A stretch of 64,000 bases of DNA. Source: the human T2T-CHM13v2.0 reference genome, Homo sapiens. The notes under the pieces were generated by a model, which worked only from the letters and a program-made list of their open reading frames with translations, ran no database searches and had not been told where the DNA came from. A program made the translations under genes and the position numbers. Below, piece after piece: positions 57,967 to 64,000 of this stretch. The stretch lies in assembly GCF_009914755.1 (NCBI RefSeq), contig NC_060929.1; one strand, written 5' to 3'. The stretch's first letter is position 1; each line of letters opens with the position of its first letter.

Positions 57967-59687
57967 TCTTCAGAATCAGGCTACAACAACGAAGCTAGGG
58001 TCTGTACTCACATACACCCCTATTTGTTCGATGAGCTTGTTCAGCTCCATATAACTTCCTTATTTTACTTATGAATGTCTTATACTATATTAATGCATCG
58101 TTAATACATCTGGCCTTCATAACTTCAGACCTTGCCATAATTAATTTTTAAATTTCACTCCTCTTCTCATTCAATTTTGATTCACAATTTATGAACACAC
58201 ACTATATTTCAGTTACCCAAATTAATAATGAACATGCAAAGTGGTATTTTTCTCTCTGGAAATGAAAGACACACGTATTTTCAAATGCTTGGTGAGCAGC
58301 ACTATTGATATTTCTCTTTCTCTTATTCCAAGTAAATATTATGCCGCGTCTGTGTGGTCATAGCCATTTCCATCACAAAAGACTCTACAAACCCAGGATT
58401 ACCTCATCCCAATAGAAACAAAGGGGAAAAGGGAATTAGGCTGAAGGGAAAGCTAAAGTAAAACCATCTTCAGCGATTTCAAAGGGACTCAGAAATAACA
58501 AAGTATATTTCTTTCAAGTAAATGTGCCCTTTTTTCAAAAGACTACTGTGGCAGTCCTAAAAAATGCCATTAAATGCAAAGCATAGAAGAGAGAGATCAT
58601 TAAAATTAAAAATCAATTAAATTCTAAAATTTAATTTGCCTAAATCAAATTAAATCACCCAAGAGAAAACACACAGCTACTTGAGAAGTGCATATAAAAT
58701 TGCAAGATACTCCCGTCTCCTAAACAGCTAGTTAATCACTGTTTTCCAACTGACGTAACAAGGATGTGCTTGCGTGTATTGTTTACAAGACCAAATACAT
58801 GATTAATAAAAAGACGTAGTTTAAAACACCCTCTTTTAATGTTTTTGTTACACAAGTGGACCCAGATTTGTGATTAAAACTCATCAGAGAAGCATGTGAA
58901 AAAGTGGTATGAATCATTACTGATTTCCTGCCTTGCCCCTTTCCAAAGAAACTCATCCTTTCCCCCAATTGAAAACACATAAAAAGTTGACAGTTATAAA
59001 ACCATGTAGTAAGACAGCAATTTGTTTTTTAAAAATTTTTTACTCTCTAATACAAAGCCTTCTTCCCTAAATGCTAATATGTGACTTAAGTCCTTCCTAG
59101 AGGTACAAACATGATTCATAGTTTAATATAGCTAGAGATAATTTTAGAAAGAGCCCCTTTTGTTTAAATGAATGTGAAACCTTTTGCCAAGCCTTGAAAC
59201 TGCTGCCTTCATTGGCATGTTGACTTGTAAAAGGTGAGATAGTCTTTGGTAGCCTTAACTAGAGTCTTGTACGAGGAAAAAAAAGAATGACTCAAGGATC
59301 TCAGGAGACTTTTTTTTACCCACATTACTGTGGTCCTACTGTCTGATGAAATCCAAGGGTTGTTCAAGTACAAAACAATTTTCACAACTTCACAGGATGT
59401 TGAAAGATCCATTTCCAAGCCTTCATATCCAGGAGTCCTTCCCAAACTAACATTCATCGTTTTGCCTTTTTTTCCTTTCATCCAGGTGCTCTGGGAATTA
59501 GTTATTGAATTCATTTTCTCCCACCATTCCCAGCCCCATGACTACATCCCCTTTATAAAGTGTAAACTATACCACTTTGGGGCAAAACGTGAAGAAAATG
59601 TCTCTTTGGCCTCCCTGATCTACGCTTTTAATATTTCTTTTAACGTTGCTCTTTTCTTCCAGGAATCTAGCACCATGTGCTGGGTTC

Positions 59688-60200
59688 TGTATTAGTTATG
59701 TATTGCTGTTTAACAAATTATCCAAAAACTTAATGACTTAAAATAATAATTATTTATTACCTCACACAATTTCTGTGGGCTAGGAACTTAGCTTGGTGGG
59801 TTCCGCCTCAGACTCCCTCAAAAGGTTAGAGTCAAAACGTCAGCTGGGGTTACAGTCACTGAAGGTTGCATTGGGGCTGAAGAATCCACTTCCCACGTGG
59901 CTCACTCACATACTGCTAACTGGTGCTGGTTGCTGGCAGCAGGCCTCAGTTCCTTACCCCAAGAAACTATGGGGCTGTTTGGGTGTCCTCATGACATCGC
60001 AGCTGGCTTCCCGTAAGAGAAGTTGATCTGAGGGATCTCATAGAGTAAGGCAGAAGCCTCTGGAAGTCACACTTAGGAGTCATTTCCACAATGTACTATT
60101 GGTTACTAAGGTAACCCTTATTCAAAATGGGAGAGAACAACACAGAGTGTGACTAACAAGAAGTGAGAATCACTGGAGGTCATCCTGGAGGTGACCACAG
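59688..60200 (-). mobile_element. MLT1H-like MaLR solo LTR
   Basis: tgtattagttatgtattgctgtttaacaaattatccaaaaacttaatgacttaaaa ... tcatcctggaggtgaccaca. Confidence 0.8.
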
Positions 60201-60999
60201 ACCCTAATGGCCCAAGGTCTTCCACCCTGTCCCAGGCTGCCTTTGTCCTGGCAGTCCTCTCCAGATGGCCTCCCCAACGAAAGCAAATCTTTCATGAGTG
60301 TATTCTGTCAGTTCCCTATTCTTTACTAAGGTAATGCTGCTGATCTGTTACTGAAATTTTGCTAATGTGCTCAGAGAATGCTGCAGGGGAAAAGTGTAGC
60401 TTTTTGCACACATTCTCCTTCATCAGCAAATAAAAGAGTCAAGGCCTTGACTAAACACTGATTCTCAGGGTGGAAGCACCAGGTCTACTATAAACAGATG
60501 GGGAAATGTCCTATTATTTAGTCCTGGAAAATTTCACCATGTAGGCATATACCTGCTTCAACAACTCCTAAGTCTGAGTTTATAGGGACAATTTGGACAA
60601 TAGGATTATTCTAGTCACAACAAGTTTTTACTTCAGCTCTCTGACTATTCCCTGTGCACACTTATGCATCCTCAGAGCCTGGCAGAGACCACTCAACAAA
60701 TACTAATCTCATGAAAAAAGGAAGGTCTAGACAGACTTCATAGTATTGATAGAGATACACACCTGCTTCATAGAAACTCAAGAGGTACAGCTTCAATAAA
60801 AAAGAACAGAGGAAAAGCAAAAGAAAAAATCATTGAATACACTTTACATCAATGCAACCCAGTTACTATCAGAAAAGAACAATTAGAAGCAGAGCTCTCT
60901 GAAATTAAAAAAGCGAAGAATGGGATTACTTCATTCAAGTTATGTCTTTGAAATTAAAAACAAAAGAACTACAAACAGTAATTGTTAGTCAGAGACTAA

Positions 61000-61218
61000 T
61001 AATAATAATTTCACTTACTGAGCATCTAACTTGGGCCATGTACATCATACATTATCAATACCTCTTTCAACAACCCTGCAGGGCAGATAGGTATTAGGAT
61101 TCTCATTAGAAAAGGAAAAACAAACATGAAACAAATGGCTAGTTTAGAGAGGCAGAACAGGGATTTAAACCCAGGTTTGTCTGACTTCAAAGCACAACCT
61201 TTTCTCCAATGCCACACT
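61000..61218 (-). mobile_element. MIR
   Basis: cacttactgagcatcta...ggcagaacagggatttaaacccaggtttgtctgacttcaaagc. Confidence 0.8.
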
Positions 61219-62176
61219 GACTAACCTGTTGTCTTTAACAACAACATAAAAAAAAAAAAAAAGAAAGCAAAAAAATAACCAGGCTCACTGACTACTACCA
61301 ATGGAAGTTAAGGTAGCTCTTTGACTCCTCTATCATCTACCTGGGCTCATGGGTGCAAGTATTATCAGATTGGCTCAGTGCCCAATCACAGGCCTGCTAG
61401 AGCCAGGGACTTGATATGGTTCATCCCTAACTGTACAATGCTCTTTTGAGGGGTGTGGAAAAAATACAACTGGGTTAAGGCTCCCTTAGCACTAAAGTCT
61501 ATAAATTTTGGGGATGTATACGATTTGACTGGACAAGGGCAGAGAAGAAAACAATGAAATATTTACATTTCTTTAAAAACAGTAAGTTAAATTTATTCTC
61601 CCCTCTGTTTGGTGTATAGATATACCCAAAGGGTCCATTTTTCTGTACATCATGATTTTTTTATTCTACAGCAACATTCATCTCTATATGAGAGTTCCAA
61701 ACTGTAATAAAGGACTTTAATGGGAAAGAGAAGAAAAGGAAATTATCCTCCATGCTCACATATGGCCACCAACCACACAACCTTCCAAGAAAAAAATCAT
61801 CTCTAAACTACAGATTTCGTGTTTTAAGGATGTTGGAAACAGTGTGCTGAATAGCATCATTTGACTACTCAGTGCTGGACAACACTAAAATTCTAATGAA
61901 AGGAAAAAGCAAAAAAAAAAAAAGAAGAAATTCTCTTCAAGAGGCTTACCATTAAACTCGTAAGCTATTCGATCCTTCATTGCAATCAGTAAGAAATTGT
62001 AGCTTTTTATTTCTTAAAATTTCATAGCTTTTGAAAGCATTTCTATTTTCTTGCTTGTCATTGAAAACTTGTCTTAAAATTCAAGTTAGGTAGGATTTTA
62101 GTAACTTCCACATTTCAGCTTTGTCCTGGCATTGTGGAGGATGCCAAGAACTCTAAGATGTGTCTCTTTCTTTCAC

Positions 62177-62371
62177 AATCCTGGTTCTCAAATTTGAACA
62201 CGCACCTGAATCATCTGGAGAGCTTGTTAATTAAAATACAGAGTGCTACCCCCTACCCCTGGAATTTCTAATTCTGCAAATCTAGGGTGGAATCTAAGAA
62301 ATTACAGGTCTAACAAACTCTCAGGTGATGCTAATGTTATGGTCCAGGGACCACACTTGGAGAACTTCTGC
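62177..62371. mobile_element. MER5A (hAT-Charlie MITE)
   Basis: ggttctcaaattt...gaatcatctggagagcttgtt...ggaccacacttggagaac. Confidence 0.85.
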
Positions 62372-62379
62372 TGGAGAAC

Positions 62380-63080
62380 TGAGTCTCTAGTCCTGGTAAA
62401 GAAGCAAGACAAAAACATGTATGAAGTAAAGGAATTGTATGCAGCAGCATAAGCTCAGAAACCAACTCAGAGAGACAATTGCTGTAAGAACTCTCAGGAG
62501 GGAGTAATCCCACAGGCAGAAGTCATCAGAAAGGAAGTGAGACTTGGCAGGTTCTCACTGAATGAGTAGGAAGACGAGGAAGAAAGGCATCACAGACCAG
62601 TGTACATGTGTTGTGTTCACATAGCAACCAAGCCACCATAAGGAGAGCTTCTCCACTGGCCAGCGGTTTGAAAAAATATACCAGGGCAGTGCGTGCAGAG
62701 AACCATCAAATAAGACTAAAGGATCAATGGGCCTTAGGAACCACTGAAGGTTGTATAGTGGAAGGGTGATTGTTTAGGGAAGATTTAGTGATGTTTTAGT
62801 GAGGATTAAAAAGCAACAACATACACATTGGATTGGTGCAGGGAGAAACCAGACAGAGGGAGGGTGCCAGCTACAGGGCAAATGCTATGATCCAGACAAA
62901 AGCTTGGATCCAGACAAAAGCTTGAGAGAGGTTGAGGCAATGGAAATCCTGAGAGAGAGACAGACCAAAGAGGTAGAGGATTTAGTGACTTACCTGATAC
63001 GAAGGCCAATGCGACGGAGAGAGAGGGGAGTCAAAGTTTACTGAGGTTATGAACCCTATGACTGGGAGGAAAAATATAAC
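62380..63080 (-). mobile_element. Degenerate L2 fragment
   Basis: ggaaccactgaaggttg; gagagagaggggagtcaaag...tgactggg motifs. Confidence 0.5.
62889..62924. repeat. 18-bp perfect tandem microduplication
   Basis: gatccagacaaaagcttg x2. Confidence 0.95.
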
Positions 63081-64000
63081 AAAACATTTCATTCTGTTGA
63101 ACTATGCCCAAGTAATTCTGCTGACAATATGATATCACAAGGTACTGACTTTTAGGGAGGAATGGGAGAGTCTATTTTGGCAAGTTTCAAACTTTCCCTA
63201 ATCTTACAGGGTCAGGATTTCAAGTCTGAATCTCATTTGTGTCCAAACCCATTTAAACTCTTTAATAAGTGATTTCCTGTTTTAAAGAGGAAAAATGTAT
63301 ATTTTTAAAATTATTCAAAGGACTTAAATACTTCTTAGACATCAAACAAGTCTCAAGAAATAATATTTTGATGATTTAAGTAAAATTAAACAAAAACATA
63401 TGGAATGAATTTCTTTCAAACATACATCATGTTTAGAAAGTGAGGGTAAGACTGCTTCATAAAATGAATTTGCTGTTCTATCAAACCCAAAATGGCTGAA
63501 AAACTCTTCAAACATTTACAATTCAGCCAGATTTGTCCTACCCTGACTTCTATGCTATTGAATATCAGAATCTTTCAAGGTCATTTTACTTTTTTAGTCA
63601 ATGAATCATGACATTGGTTTCTACAAGATGTAATATTTATGGACTGTTTTGACATGTGTATCAGCAAAATAAGAGAATTCAGTTGAATCAATTGAATGCT
63701 CTGATGAGAGGTTCCATACACTTCCAAGATTGCCCATTGCTGACAGTAACCTATGATCGTGGTTTTCACATTTGGCAAGAGAGACTGTTCTGAGCAAACC
63801 CTCCTCCCTGAGGAGCTATGAGGAAGCTGACTAGCTTGCTAACTGTGGCCCACCTAGCATCTTTACCACCAACCTACACACACAGAAAGAGAGTGAGAGA
63901 GCAGCAAAGATGTATTATGGCTTTTGTGTCATACTCATCATACTTTATTTCCTTTCAACAGAAACTCCATTACCTTCGTCTTAGATTACGGCATCCCCTA

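Overview
Human (primate) non-coding genomic DNA, AT-rich and dominated by interspersed repeats. A consensus-matching AluYb8 at 49456-49765 (a human-specific subfamily) points to Homo sapiens. I find no supportable protein-coding exon, tRNA, rRNA or CpG island. Nearly all ORFs in the supplied track are Alu/L1/LTR read-throughs or chance ORFs. The only gene-derived sequence is a disabled RPS19 processed pseudogene (53269-54063), nested inside a THE1 LTR and itself split by an AluY. Other content: about 20 Alus (J, S, Y, Yb8); a roughly 17 kb nest of old L1 elements (24-41.6 kb); MaLR and ERVL LTRs; a decayed ERVL gag; Tigger/hAT DNA-transposon MITEs; L2/MIR relics. I see no evidence of a new multi-gene biological system. 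The most unusual signals concern retrotransposition mechanics: a MaLR copy that ends in poly(A) exactly at its LTR polyadenylation site (apparent L1-mediated processed copy), a 5'-intact but 3'-truncated L1 nested cleanly in another L1's ORF1, and a tiny orphan poly(A)-tailed insertion. Subfamily names are recalled from consensus sequences without alignment, and boundaries of old repeats are approximate.
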